From: Macrostomum hystrix
Taxonomy: Eukaryota > Animalia > Platyhelminthes
Assembly (NCBI GenBank): GCA_950097015.1
Contig: CATNEN010000038.1
Span: 124,001 to 188,000, forward strand
Direction of reading: 5' to 3'
DNA length: 64,000 bases
Numbering within the stretch: the first letter of the stretch is position 1; every line of letters begins with the position of its first letter. Of the stretch, positions 1 to 12,115 are shown piece after piece. The translations under genes were made by a program, and so were the position numbers. The notes below the pieces were generated by a model that saw nothing but the letters and a program-made list of their open reading frames with translations, did not search any database and had not been told where the DNA came from.

Positions 1-14
1 TTATGTACAAGCTT

Positions 15-1703
15 ATAAACTCACAGTGTCTCCCTGTGATAAACTCACAGTGTCTCCCTGTGATAAACTCACAGTGTCTCCCTGTGATAAACTCACAGTG
101 TCTCCCTGTGATAAACTCACAGTGTCTCCCTGTGATAAACTCACAGTGTCTCCCTGTGATAAACTCACAGTGTCTCCCTGTGATAAACTCACAGTGTCTC
201 CCTGTGATAAACTCACAGTGTCTCCCTGTGATAAACTCACAGTGTCTGCCTGTGATAAACTCACAGTGTCTGCCTGTGATAAACTCACAGTGTCTCCCTG
301 TGATAAACTCACAGTGTCTCCCTGTGATAAACTCACAGTGTCTCCCTGTGATAAACTCACAGTGTGTCTCTGTGATAAACTCACAGTGTCTCCCTGTGAT
401 AAACTCTCAGTGTCTCCCTGTGATAAACTCACAGTGTCTGCCTGTGATAAACTCACAGTGTCTCCCTGTGATAAACTCACAGTGTCTCCCTGTGATAAAC
501 TCACAGTGTCTCCCTGTGATAAACTCACAGTGTCTCCCTGTGATAAACTCACAGTGTCTCCCTGTGATAAACTCACAGTGTCTCCCTGTGATAAACTCAC
601 AGTATCTCCCTGTGATAAACTCACAGTGTCTCGCTGTGATAAACTCACAGTGTCTCTCTGTGATAAACTCACAGTGTCTCCCTGTGATAAACTCACAGTG
701 TCTGCCTGTGATAAACTCACAGTGTCTCCCTGTGATAAACTCACAGTGTCTCCCTGTGATAAACTCACAGTATCTCCCTGTGATAAACTCACAGTGTCTC
801 GCTGTGATAAACTCACAGTGTCTCTCTGTGATAAACTCACAGTGTCTCCATGTGATAAACTCACAGTGTCTGCCTGTGATAAACTCACAGTGTCTGCCTG
901 TGATAAACTCACAGTGTCTGCCTGTGATAAACTCACAGTGTCTCCCTGTGATAAACTCACAGTGTCTCCCTGTGATAAACTCACAGTGTCTCCCTGTGAT
1001 AAACTCACAGTGTCTCCCTGTGATAAACTCACAGTGTGTCTCTGTGATAAACTCACAGTGTGTCTCTGTGATAAACTCACAGTGTCTCCCTGTGATAAAC
1101 TCACAGTGTGTCTCTGTGATAAACTCACAGTGTCTCCCTGTGATAAACTCACAGTGTGTCCCTGTGATAAACTCACAGTGTGTCTCTGTGATAAACTCAC
1201 AGTGTCTCCCTGTGATAAACTCACAGTGTCTCCCTGTGATAAACTCACAGTGTCTCCCTGTGATAAACTCACAGTGTGTCCCTGTGATAAACTCACAGTG
1301 TGTCTCTGTGATAAACTCACAGTGTCTCCCTGTGATAAACTCACAGTGTCTCCCTGTGATAAACTCACAGTGTCTCCCTGTGATAAACTCACAGTGTCTC
1401 CCTGTGATAAACTCACAGTGTGTCTCTGTGATAAACTCACAGTGTGTCTCTGTGATAAACTCACAGTGTCTCCCTGTGATAAACTCACAGTGTCTCCCTG
1501 TGATAAACTCACAGTGTCTCCCTGTGATAAACTCTCAGTGTCTCCCTGTGATAAACTCACAGTGTCTGCCTGTGATAAACTCACAGTGTCTCCCTGTGAT
1601 AAACTCACAGTGTCTCCCTGTGATAAACTCACAGTGTCTCCCTGTGATAAACTCACAGTGTCTCCCTGTGATAAACTCACAGTGTCTCCCTGTGATAAAC
1701 TCT
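15..1703. repeat. 24-bp minisatellite (TGTGATAAACTCACAGTGTCTCCC)n, ~70 copies
   Basis: Direct tandem repeat with an internal palindrome CTGTGA-TAAAC-TCACAG. The long ORFs over it are repeat translations. Confidence 0.97.
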
Positions 1704-2374
1704 GTCGGGTCACGACCTTGCACGCCCACGCAGCGTTTTACGGCTTCTGGGCAATGGCAAAAACAATTTGCGCTTGGAGACAGTGGCTGAACTACAATTG
1801 GCAAATTATTGTAAATAATTTCTGTCACCGATGAATCACATAGAATCAGAGTGAGGTTAGAGCTAATGGAGCCTTTCCCCAATCAGGAAGTGCTTCGTAC
1901 GAGCAACTAATTTCCTTCATTCGTCAAGTGCAGATTTGCGTGGATGTTGACGCGAAGTTGCAGTTTTGAGGGCCAGAAGAAATAAAGACTAATGAAGAAG
2001 GTAAGTAAGAAATGCGATGAGATAAGGCCTCGGAGACACTCTGAAGGATGCTGATTGAGAAGTCATGAGCGAAATTGTTGAGGGCGGTAAAACTACTACG
2101 GCGTGGCGAGGGCGAAAGAAAAATGGCCGGAAGGAGGAAAACATGGGAGAGAAATGTGTCAACGGAGAGAGCTTTAGAGAAAGGGGGCAATAGAGGTGGC
2201 GAGAGGGCTCAAAGATAGGGACTAGAGAGAGAAGGCGAAGGTGAAAGGGCAAGGGGAAGATAGGGCGAGGGTAAGAAAAGGCAAGGGGAAGAAATAGCGA
2301 GTGGGAGAAAAGGCGTGGGAAGAAAGAGTGTTGGTGAGAAAAGGTGAGGAGGAGAGGGCGAAGGGTAGAAATAG

Positions 2375-2998
2375 CGAGGATGAGAGGGCGAGGATGAGAG
2401 GGCGAGGATGAGAGGGCGAGGATGAGAGGGCGAGGATGAGAGGGCGAGGATGAGAGGGCGAGGATGAGAGGGCGAGGATGAGAGGGCGAGGATGAGAGGG
2501 CGAGGATGAGAGGGCGAGGATGAGAGGGCGAGGATGAGAGGGCGAGGATGAGAGGGCGAGGATGAGAGGGCGAGGATGAGAGGGCGAGGATGAGAGGGCG
2601 AGGATGAGAGGGCGAGGATGAGAGGGCGAGGATGAGAGGGCGAGGATGAGAGGGCGAGGATGAGAGGGCGAGGATGAGAGGGCGAGGATGAGAGGGCGAG
2701 GATGAGAGGGCGAGGATGAGAGGGCGAGGATGAGAGGGCGAGGATGAGAGGGCGAGGATGAGAGGGCGAGGATGAGAGGGCGAGGATGAGAGGGCGAGGA
2801 TGAGAGGGCGAGGATGAGAGGGCGAGGATGAGAGGGCGAGGATGAGAGGGCGAGGATGAGAGGGCGAGGATGAGAGGGCGAGGATGAGAGGGCGAGGATG
2901 AGAGGGCGAGGATGAGAGGGCGAGGATGAGAGGGCGAGGATGAGAGGGCGAGGATGAGAGGGCGAGGATGAGAGGGCGAGGATGAGAGGGCGAGGAGG
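2375..2998. repeat. 14-bp minisatellite (GAGGATGAGAGGGC)n, ~44 copies
   Basis: Perfect tandem repeat. Confidence 0.97.
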
Positions 2999-3267
2999 AG
3001 GACACTAGCATTGTTGAAGAAAATGGAAGGACTGGTTTGTATATGCTCCTAAAATAACAGGAACTCTTTTTCATAGAATTTTCTGAGCACAAATGAGACA
3101 CTTAAAATTCCAAAGACTAACAAAGTTAATTTCGCGCTTGTCATGGAGCTGAAGAATATGATCTGGCAGTTTTCTTTACAGTTAATTAAAGACACAATTC
3201 ATTGACACGCATCTTAGTGTCTCTATGGCCAGACATTTGTACGCCTTGGCTCTAGTTTCGTCCACAA

Positions 3268-3621
3268 GACACTGTGAGTTTATCACAGTGTCTCCCTGTG
3301 ATAAACTCACAGTGTCTCCCTGTGATAAACTCACAGTGTGTCTCTGTGATAAACTCACAGTGTGTCTCTGTGATAAACTCACAGTGTCTCCCTGTGATAA
3401 ACTCACAGTGTCTCCCTGTGATAAACTCACAGTGTCTCCCTGTGATAAACTCTCAGTGTCTCCCTGTGATAAACTCACAGTGTCTGCCTGTGATAAACTC
3501 ACAGTGTCTCCCTGTGATAAACTCACAGTGTCTCCCTGTGATAAACTCACAGTGTCTCCCTGTGATAAACTCACAGTGTCTCCCTGTGATAAACTCACAG
3601 TGTCTCCCTGTGATAAACTCT
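3268..3621. repeat. 24-bp minisatellite, second array, beginning with one inverted unit
   Basis: Same unit as 15-1703, with the same order of variant units as the distal end of the first array. Confidence 0.95.
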
Positions 3622-4292
3622 GTCGGGTCACGACCTTGCACGCCCACGCAGCGTTTTACGGCTTCTGGGCAATGGCAAAAACAATTTGCGCTTGGAGACA
3701 GTGGCTGAACTACAATTGGCAAATTATTGTAAATAATTTCTGTCACCGATGAATCACATAGAATCAGAGTGAGGTTAGAGCTAATGGAGCCTTTCCCCAA
3801 TCAGGAAGTGCTTCGTACGAGCAACTAATTTCCTTCATTCGTCAAGTGCAGATTTGCGTGGATGTTGACGCGAAGTTGCAGTTTTGAGGGCCAGAAGAAA
3901 TAAAGACTAATGAAGAAGGTAAGTAAGAAATGCGATGAGATAAGGCCTCGGAGACACTCTGAAGGATGCTGATTGAGAAGTCATGAGCGAAATTGTTGAG
4001 GGCGGTAAAACTACTACGGCGTGGCGAGGGCGAAAGAAAAATGGCCGGAAGGAGGAAAACATGGGAGAGAAATGTGTCAACGGAGAGAGCTTTAGAGAAA
4101 GGGGGCAATAGAGGTGGCGAGAGGGCTCAAAGATAGGGACTAGAGAGAGAAGGCGAAGGTGAAAGGGCAAGGGGAAGATAGGGCGAGGGTAAGAAAAGGC
4201 AAGGGGAAGAAATAGCGAGTGGGAGAAAAGGCGTGGGAAGAAAGAGTGTTGGTGAGAAAAGGTGAGGAGGAGAGGGCGAAGGGTAGAAATAG

Positions 4293-4972
4293 CGAGGATG
4301 AGAGGGCGAGGATGAGAGGGCGAGGATGAGAGGGCGAGGATGAGAGGGCGAGGATGAGAGGGCGAGGATGAGAGGGCGAGGATGAGAGGGCGAGGATGAG
4401 AGGGCGAGGATGAGAGGGCGAGGATGAGAGGGCGAGGATGAGAGGGCGAGGATGAGAGGGCGAGGATGAGAGGGCGAGGATGAGAGGGCGAGGATGAGAG
4501 GGCGAGGATGAGAGGGCGAGGATGAGAGGGCGAGGATGAGAGGGCGAGGATGAGAGGGCGAGGATGAGAGGGCGAGGATGAGAGGGCGAGGATGAGAGGG
4601 CGAGGATGAGAGGGCGAGGATGAGAGGGCGAGGATGAGAGGGCGAGGATGAGAGGGCGAGGATGAGAGGGCGAGGATGAGAGGGCGAGGATGAGAGGGCG
4701 AGGATGAGAGGGCGAGGATGAGAGGGCGAGGATGAGAGGGCGAGGATGAGAGGGCGAGGATGAGAGGGCGAGGATGAGAGGGCGAGGATGAGAGGGCGAG
4801 GATGAGAGGGCGAGGATGAGAGGGCGAGGATGAGAGGGCGAGGATGAGAGGGCGAGGATGAGAGGGCGAGGATGAGAGGGCGAGGATGAGAGGGCGAGGA
4901 TGAGAGGGCGAGGATGAGAGGGCGAGGATGAGAGGGCGAGGATGAGAGGGCGAGGATGAGAGGGCGAGGAGG
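4293..4972. repeat. 14-bp minisatellite (GAGGATGAGAGGGC)n, ~48 copies
   Basis: Perfect tandem repeat. Confidence 0.97.
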
Positions 4973-5394
4973 AGGACACTAGCATTGTTGAAGAAAATGG
5001 AAGGACTGGTTTGTATATGCTCCTAAAATAACAGGAACTCTTTTTCATAGAATTTTCTGAGCACAAATGAGACACTTAAAATTCCAAAGACTAACAAAGT
5101 TAATTTCGCGCTTGTCATGGAGCTGAAGAATATGATCTGGCAGTTTTCTTTACAGTTAATTAAAGACACAATTCATTGACACGCATCTTAGTGTCTCTAT
5201 GGCCAGACATTTGTACGCCTTGGCTCTAGTTTCGTCCACAAGAAATTAAATTATCGGCTCAAATTAGTGTCCCTGGCAATGAGAAATCAAATTCCAATTT
5301 TTTGAAGTCTTTTACAAGTTTTTCTACCTATTTTTACCTTTTTTCAGTGAATCGTAAGGGACAAGCGTGAACGAGCAGAGAAAGTCTATTTGTC

Positions 5395-6297
5395 TCACGT
5401 TCAATCTACCTGTCTCACTGTCAATCCTTACTGTCTCACTGTCAATCTACCTGTCTCACTGTCAATCTTACTGTCTCACTGTCAATCTACCTGTCTCACT
5501 GTCAATCTACCTGTCTCACTGTCAATCTACCTGTCTCACTGTCAATCTACCTGTCTCACTGTCAATCTACCTGTCTCACTGTCAATCTACCTGTCTCTCT
5601 GTTAATCTACCTGTCTCACTGTCAATCTACCTGTCTCACCGTCAATCTACCTGTCTCACCGTTAATCTACCTGTCTCACTGTCAATCTACCTGTCTCACT
5701 GTCAATCTACCTGTCTCACTGTCAATCTACCTGTCTCACTGTCAATCTACCTGTCTCACTGTCAATCTTACTGTCTCACTGTAAATCTACCTGTCTCACT
5801 GTCAATCTTACTGTCTCACTGTAAATCTACCTGTCTCATTTTCAATCTACCTGTCTCACTGTCAGTCAATCTACCTGTCTCACTGTCTCACTGTCAATCT
5901 ACCTGTCTCACTGTCAATCTTACTGTCTCACTGTAAATCTACCTGTCTCATTTTCAATCTACCTGTCTCACTGTCAATCTACCTGTCTCACTGTCAATCT
6001 ACCTGTCTCATTTTCAATCTACCTGTCTCACTGTCAGTCAATCTACCTGTCTCACTGTCAGTCAATCTACCTGTCTCACTGTCAGTCAATCTATCTGTCT
6101 CACTGTCAGTCAATCTACCTGTCTCACTGTCAATCTACCTGTCTCACCGTTAATCTACCTGTCTCACTGTCAATCTACCTGTCTCACCGTTAATCTACCT
6201 GTCTCACTGGCAATCTACCTGTCTCACTGTCAATCTACCTGTCTCACAGTCAATCTACCTGTCTCACTGTCAATCTACCTGTCTCACTGTCAGTCAA
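5395..6297. repeat. 20-bp minisatellite (TCAATCTACCTGTCTCACTG)n
   Basis: Tandem repeat with variant units. Confidence 0.95.
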
Positions 6298-6849
6298 CCG
6301 GATTCAATGTCACAGACACACAGACCATAAAACAGACCATGTAATTATACGACGATGTCACAGCGACCCAGTCTCTGCAAACTCAAATCAAAGCGACTAA
6401 CTCGTCCTTATTAAATTTCATATAATTTTATATACCTATACAGCCAAGCATTTCGCCTGTCTCTAACGTACTTGGAGCAGCTCTTAACAACCAGCCTGTA
6501 TATGACGGGTTTCGCATTTCTAGTTTTTGAAAAATGCCAGCACTCCCCAGCATTCGTCCCCTATAGTTTGATGGAGCGTCGAGTAAGGGCCATGAGTGAG
6601 CAGCTCACGCCGCGAGAAGGCGTCACTCGAAGGCTTCAGCGGATACCGGCACGCTACCCCCTCCCTGATCACTGAGTCCTGATTTTCGACCAACAACCCC
6701 AGACTTGTCCACCTTTCAGGTCGCTCAGATTGAGCTGAGGAGTTAGCCCTGTCTCACACTGACAGCACTTCGTCAGCTAGTTAGATGTTTATAGAAAGGG
6801 AAATAAAGTTAAATATGCCTTAAGGTTAAAAATGTGCCAACGAAAACAG

Positions 6850-8550
6850 AGAGGAAGAGGGTAGATTAATATGAAGATGAAGAGGAAGTGGGTAGATGAA
6901 GAGGAAGAGGGTAGATTGAGAGGAAGAGGGTAGATGAAGAGGAAGTGGGTAGATGAAGAGGAAGAGGGTAGATTGAGAGGAAGTGGGTAGATTGAGAGGA
7001 AGAGGGTAGATGAAGAGGAAGAGGGTAGATTGAGAGGAAGTGGGTAGATTAAGAGGAATAGGGTAGATTGAGAGGAAGAGGGTAGATGAAGAGGAAGTGG
7101 GTAGATTAAGAGGAATAGGGTAGATTAAGAGGAAGAGGGTAGATGAAGAGGAAGAGGGTAGATGAAGAGGAAGAGGGTAGATGAAGAGGAAGAGGGTAGA
7201 TGAAGAGGAAGAGGGTAGATTGAGAGGAAGAGGGTAGATTGAGAGGAAGAGGGTAGATGAAGAGGAAGTGGGTAGATGAAGAGGAAGAGGGTAGATTGAG
7301 AGGAAGTGGGTAGATTGAGAGGAAGAGGGTAGATGAAGAGGAAGAGGGTAGATTGAGAGGAAGTGGGTAGATTAAGAGGAATAGGGTAGATTGAGAGGAA
7401 GAGGGTAGATGAAGAGGAAGTGGGTAGATTAAGAGGAATAGGGTAGATTGAGAGGAAGAGGGTAGATGAAGAGGAAGAGGGTAGATGAAGAGGAAGAGGG
7501 TAGATGAAGAGGAAGAGGGTAGATGAAGAGGAAGAGGGTAGATTGAGAGGAAGAGGGTAGATGAAGAGGAAGTGGGTAGATTAAGAGGAATAGGGTAGAT
7601 TGAGAGGAAGAGGGTAGATGAAGAGGAAGTGGGTAGATGAAGAGGAAGAGGGTAGATTGAAAGGAAGTGGGTAGATAAAGAGGAAGAGGGTAGATTAAAA
7701 GGAAGTGGGTAGATGAAGAGGAAGAGGGTAGATGAAGAGGAAGAGGGTAGATGAAGAGGAAGAGGGTAGATGAAGAGGAAGAGGGTAGATTGAGAGGAAG
7801 AGGGTAGATTGAGAGGAAGTGGGTAGATGAAGAGGAAGTGGGTAGATTAAGAGGAATAGGGTAGATTGAGAGGAAGAGGGTAGATGAAGAGGAAGTGGGT
7901 AGATTAAGAGGAATAGGGTAGATTGAGAGGAAGAGGGTAGATGAAGAGGAAGAGGGTAGATGAAGAGGAAGAGGGTAGATGAAGAGGAAGAGGGTAGATG
8001 AAGAGGAAGAGGGTAGATTGAGAGGAAGAGGGTAGATGAAGAGGAAGTGGGTAGATTAAGAGGAATAGGGTAGATTGAGAGGAAGAGGGTAGATGAAGAG
8101 GAAGTGGGTAGATGAAGAGGAAGAGGGTAGATTGAAAGGAAGTGGGTAGATAAAGAGGAAGAGGGTAGATTAAAAGGAAGTGGGTAGATGAAGAGGAAGA
8201 GGGTAGATGAAGAGGAAGAGGGTAGATGAAGAGGAAGAGGGTAGATGAAGAGGAAGAGGGTAGATTGAGAGGAAGAGGGTAGATTGAGAGGAAGTGGGTA
8301 GATGAAGAGGAAGTGGGCAGATTAAGAGGAATAGGGTAGATTGAGAGGAAGTGGGTAGATGAAGAGGAAGTGGGCAGATTAAGAGGAATGGGTGTGATTA
8401 AGAGGAAGTGGGCAGATTAAGAGGAAGGGGTGGATTAAGAGGAAGTGGGTAGATTAAGAGGAAGGGGTGGATTAAGAGGAAGTGGGCAGATTAAGAGGAA
8501 GGGGTGGATTAAGAGGAAGTGGGCAGATTAAGAGGAAGGGGTGGATTAAG
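6850..8550. repeat. 19-bp purine-rich minisatellite (GAGGAAGAGGGTAGATGAA / ...ATTGA)n
   Basis: Tandem repeat with almost no C on the + strand. A higher-order duplication of ~476 bp is shown by a rare variant at 7659 and 8135. Confidence 0.95.
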
Positions 8551-8880
8551 AGCAGGCTGTTAGCACGAGCCTTCAAATATTTCAGCATTCCTCGCCAGTT
8601 TCTGTTTCAGATTTCCACCCAATGGTTCGTAGCAAGTTTTCGGACTCAGCATCGACTCTGCAAAGAGCCTATGGTATCCTTAGCTTAGCCGGCCAATGGG
8701 AAATGTTCTGCTACACATTGGCCTCTAGAATACGGAACAGCAAATTAGGGAATGAAAATGTGAGTGCTGTTTATCACTGGTCTCAAGCTTAAGCCTATTT
8801 AGTGAGGCCCGAACTGTACTGAGTTCGGCTTACACGATTTTCCAAGAAATTGTCTGACTCGGATTGCCTGGCAGTCAGCA

Positions 8881-9485
8881 ATGATGATGTCAGTGAGGTT
8901 GGCCTTAGCTGCGACCGCGGTGTTCGCTGTAACTGCGGTCTTACCTGGCGGACTGCTCGTCGGCGGCTTCCACGTTGGATTCGGTGAGTTAATGAATTTG
9001 GTGAAGGTGCATAAAACGAGAACGCAGTTCTGTGCATTTTCCTTCAGTTGCAATCAAACTTGCAACTTGCAGCTGACGATGACCCCAGCGCAGCCAGGGA
9101 ATGGTTCAGCGAAGCAGTTGGAGAAAACCACCCGACTCAGAAGAATCAGCAGCAGGAGCAGCAGCAGGAGCAGCAGCAGGAGCAGCAGCAGGAGCAGCAG
9201 CAGGAGCAGCAGCAGGAGCAGCAGCAGGAGCAGCAGCAGGAGCAGCAGCAGGAGCAGCAGCAGGAGCAGCAGCAGGAGCAGCAGCAGGAGCAGAATCACT
9301 TATCGTCAGTCAGCAAACGATTCCTGTTTCATTCCAACGGTGATTGCTCAGTGTTTAGAGTTCAGTGCTTCACTAACAGAGACTGTGTTAGGCGGCACAA
9401 TAGTCTGAGTTACCGGTGCGTCATGCACCGCTGCGCCGTCACCTGCCACCACATTCAGCGCTACTTGGAAGACTCCGTCAGGTGA
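8881..9485 (+). CDS. Putative secreted Cys-rich prepropeptide, ~171 aa, exons 8881-8983 and 9073-9485
   Basis: Exon 1 encodes a hydrophobic signal-like segment MMMSVRLALAATAVFAVTAVLPGGLLVGG. Donor G|GTGAGT and acceptor CTTGCAG| join in phase 1. Exon 2 gives an acidic/QQQE pro-region, a KR site and a 6-Cys C-terminal peptide. Confidence 0.65.
9146..9293 (+). repeat. 12-bp repeat (CAGCAGCAGGAG)n, ~12 copies, encoding (QQQE)n
   Basis: Perfect tandem repeat within the predicted exon 2. Confidence 0.95.
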
Positions 9486-11837
9486 ACAGTTGATCGTTCA
9501 GCTGCAGAAGGTCCAGTAGAAACCGGAATTGAATCGCAGCTTCAGCAACGGAGAGTCAAAATGATGGACATAAAAATTGTAGATAGAGATGCGATTAAAC
9601 AAAATGTGATTTTTAACATTGTTAATCTGGAATTCCGCGTGAATTCCAGCATTCGGCTAATGCTAGCAAATTAGCCTACTGACAGTAGAATAACTGCAGA
9701 AAATGCAACAGGACGGCACGCAGCCGAGCTCCGTAAGGCCCAAAATTTAAGGTTAGAAAATTGAATTATCTTTCTCCATAATATTATGCGATTTAGAAAT
9801 TCTTACGTTTTTGCCATGAAATAGATCAAGAAATTCTTGACACAGCGCGATGATTGCAGAAGGAGAATGCTCTAAAGAAGCGATTTTAGCCGCTAAACTT
9901 GTTCCATGCTCAAGAAGCATCCCCGCATGGTTTTTTCTTTTTATTTGCTATTCTGTGTCTATCTGTCTGGTCTGTCTGTCTGTCTGTCAGTCTGCCAGTC
10001 CTTTGAGTCATTGCCGTGACGCAATGCATCTCATATGTCTTGTAACAAGTTGTGTACTCGCAGGAGCTACAGTCTTATTAGGACCAAATAAGATTTTCGC
10101 CATAAGCAACAGTCACACTGCGCGTACAAGCAAAGCAAAATATCAAACCTGACCAGAGGCAGAAGGCTGAGAAAAAAACCATCTTCATAAAGAGGTGAAG
10201 TTCCAAGAAATTTGCGTGCTGAGCAGATGCAGATTCGATACAAGAAATTTCTAGTCGAATAAGCCTTTGACGCCCATTTCATGCTGCGCTGATCAAGGAG
10301 CCTGGGGCCTGAGCCAGCAACTGACCAGCTTTAAAGAGGTTAGAAACGGGGACAGCGAGCAAAAACTTGACACGTAAGTGAAAAGAAATTAAGAAGGTCG
10401 AGTCAGGTAAGTTACTAATAAGGAGCAAGACAATACAAAACTCTTGTGTTTAGGACAATATTTAAAACAAAAAGTTTGAGACATCAGAGGTCAGAGGTTC
10501 GATACTGAGAATGTTCATTGACTATTATCCTTTTAGATTGTTTAGGTTCAGGTATACATTTTCAGGTAGGTAATACCTTAATAATAAGGTAGTTAAGGTA
10601 GAGACGTTTCAGGTAATTAGTGATGGTAGCGAGGGTAGATAGGGAAGGAGTTTAAGTTTAAATGGGAACATTGGAAGGAGAAAGCTGCTCAGACATGTAC
10701 CTAAAAACTCCTAAGATTATTGAAAAAAGTTTAAAAGTTCAAAAAGTACACCTGAAAAAATGTTGTGTATGCAAAACAGCATGGGTCGCAAGTTTTTGAA
10801 GGTGAGCTGAGAGCTCATCCGACCAGCGCGCAAAGGATTACATGCTTTCGCAATGTTTACTCCTCGATGATGCTTGTCGCTGCAGGCGATGGTGTCAGGT
10901 GCTTCAGCAGCAACACGCAAGAGCGCCATTCAGTTTCTCAGGTACGCTTGTGTAACAGAATCTCCGGATAAGCGTCAAGACAGCTGCCATAAACACAAGC
11001 CTGCCACCTCGACTAAAATGTATATAGAAATCCCTGAATGTTTTCTTGCGGGGTGCACTTTGAGCACTTTGAGCACATAAGGAAGGTTTTGCCTTGAGAC
11101 GGCTCGAGAAAAATCAAATCGAATAAAGATGCGAATCTATCATTGGATTTCATCACTGCCAGCTCGAGCTAATGGACTCTGTGGTGAAATCTGAATTATG
11201 TATGAACTATACTGCAATGAATGTACAAGAATGTGTATCTGAAGTATGTTTTAACTACAAAATTAGTCGACACAACTAGAGATAAAAGGATTCTTGCGTA
11301 ATTTTGCTAATGGTTTTTCCCTGGCTTGTAAATAAGATGTAATGTTGAAAGCCTTCTGAGTTCATTATGGCTCTGCATGGAACTCGTATCGCGCAACCAA
11401 GAGGGTGATGAAACCCGGCCTGATGCCTCAAATGCGAGCGCTTAGTCCCACCGCATAACCGATCCCAAGGTAGATCCTGGGATCCTAGAACTACCCTTGC
11501 AGTTCTAGACTGCTTAAGTAAAACCTAACGAAGCAGGGGCCCGTTTGCTACGACTTTGGTTTAGGCTGGAAAAGAGAAAGAACAATCAGTGCTAGAGGGA
11601 CACAAGCTGGGCATTTACTGAGAGATGTGCAAATCAAAACAACTGAAAGTGGACGAGGCGTGGGTGTCTGCAGAGGCCATTAAGAGAAACTAAAGAGTCC
11701 CAGTGATTAATCTGATTCCTGGCTCCCGAGCCTCACTAACGCATTTGGGCTAGCATGCCATTGGGCTTAAGTTAAGACACATCAAAAGCTTCAGTGATCT
11801 AGGAGCTAGTTTAGTCTTATATTCGTAAATAATAACA

Positions 11838-12115
11838 ATTGATTACACCTGCCCCGATTGAGCCAACTGTGCAGTCGACAGCACAGCCGCAGCTATTGCA
11901 CGGCGCGTCTGAAGGCTGCGTACGGCTGTTCAGTCCGTGGACTGGTGGGACGCCGCACCCACCCTCAATTACCCCATTTGATGCTGGTACCCATTACAGC
12001 TGGGTGAACAGAAGCAATGTTGAGCTAAGAATCTAGCTAATTCCAGTGGATTCGGGAATCGAACCCCCGACCTTTAAGTCGTGAGTCCGATGCTCTACCC
12101 ACTAGACTATAACCT
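11838..12115 (-). mobile_element. tRNA-derived CORE-like SINE, family 1
   Basis: Dispersed repeat with 5 copies in the window. The minus strand starts with tRNA-like A box (TAGTCTAGTGG) and B box (GGTTCGATTCC). Confidence 0.8.

Larger units (their letters stand above)
1704..5243. repeat. ~1.9-kb tandem segmental duplication (1704-3269 and 3622-5243, each preceded by the 24-mer array)
   Basis: Unique segments look identical at offset 1918 before the 14-mer array and 1974 after it, a difference of 4 x 14 bp. Confidence 0.95.

Noticed and set aside
3225-3270. GGACGAAAC on the minus strand suggesting a hammerhead ribozyme
   Set aside because: No CUGANGA core or stem II partner in either copy.
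3-5936. Long ORFs (595, 566, 602, 370 and 311 aa)
   Set aside because: Translations of stop-free 24-, 14- and 20-bp satellites in several frames, with no gene structure.
10717-11080. Short ORFs with splice-like sites
   Set aside because: No recognisable protein or consistent exon chain.
11400-11430. C-box TGATGA and D-box CTGA pair
   Set aside because: The boxes are under 10 nt apart, too close for a C/D snoRNA.
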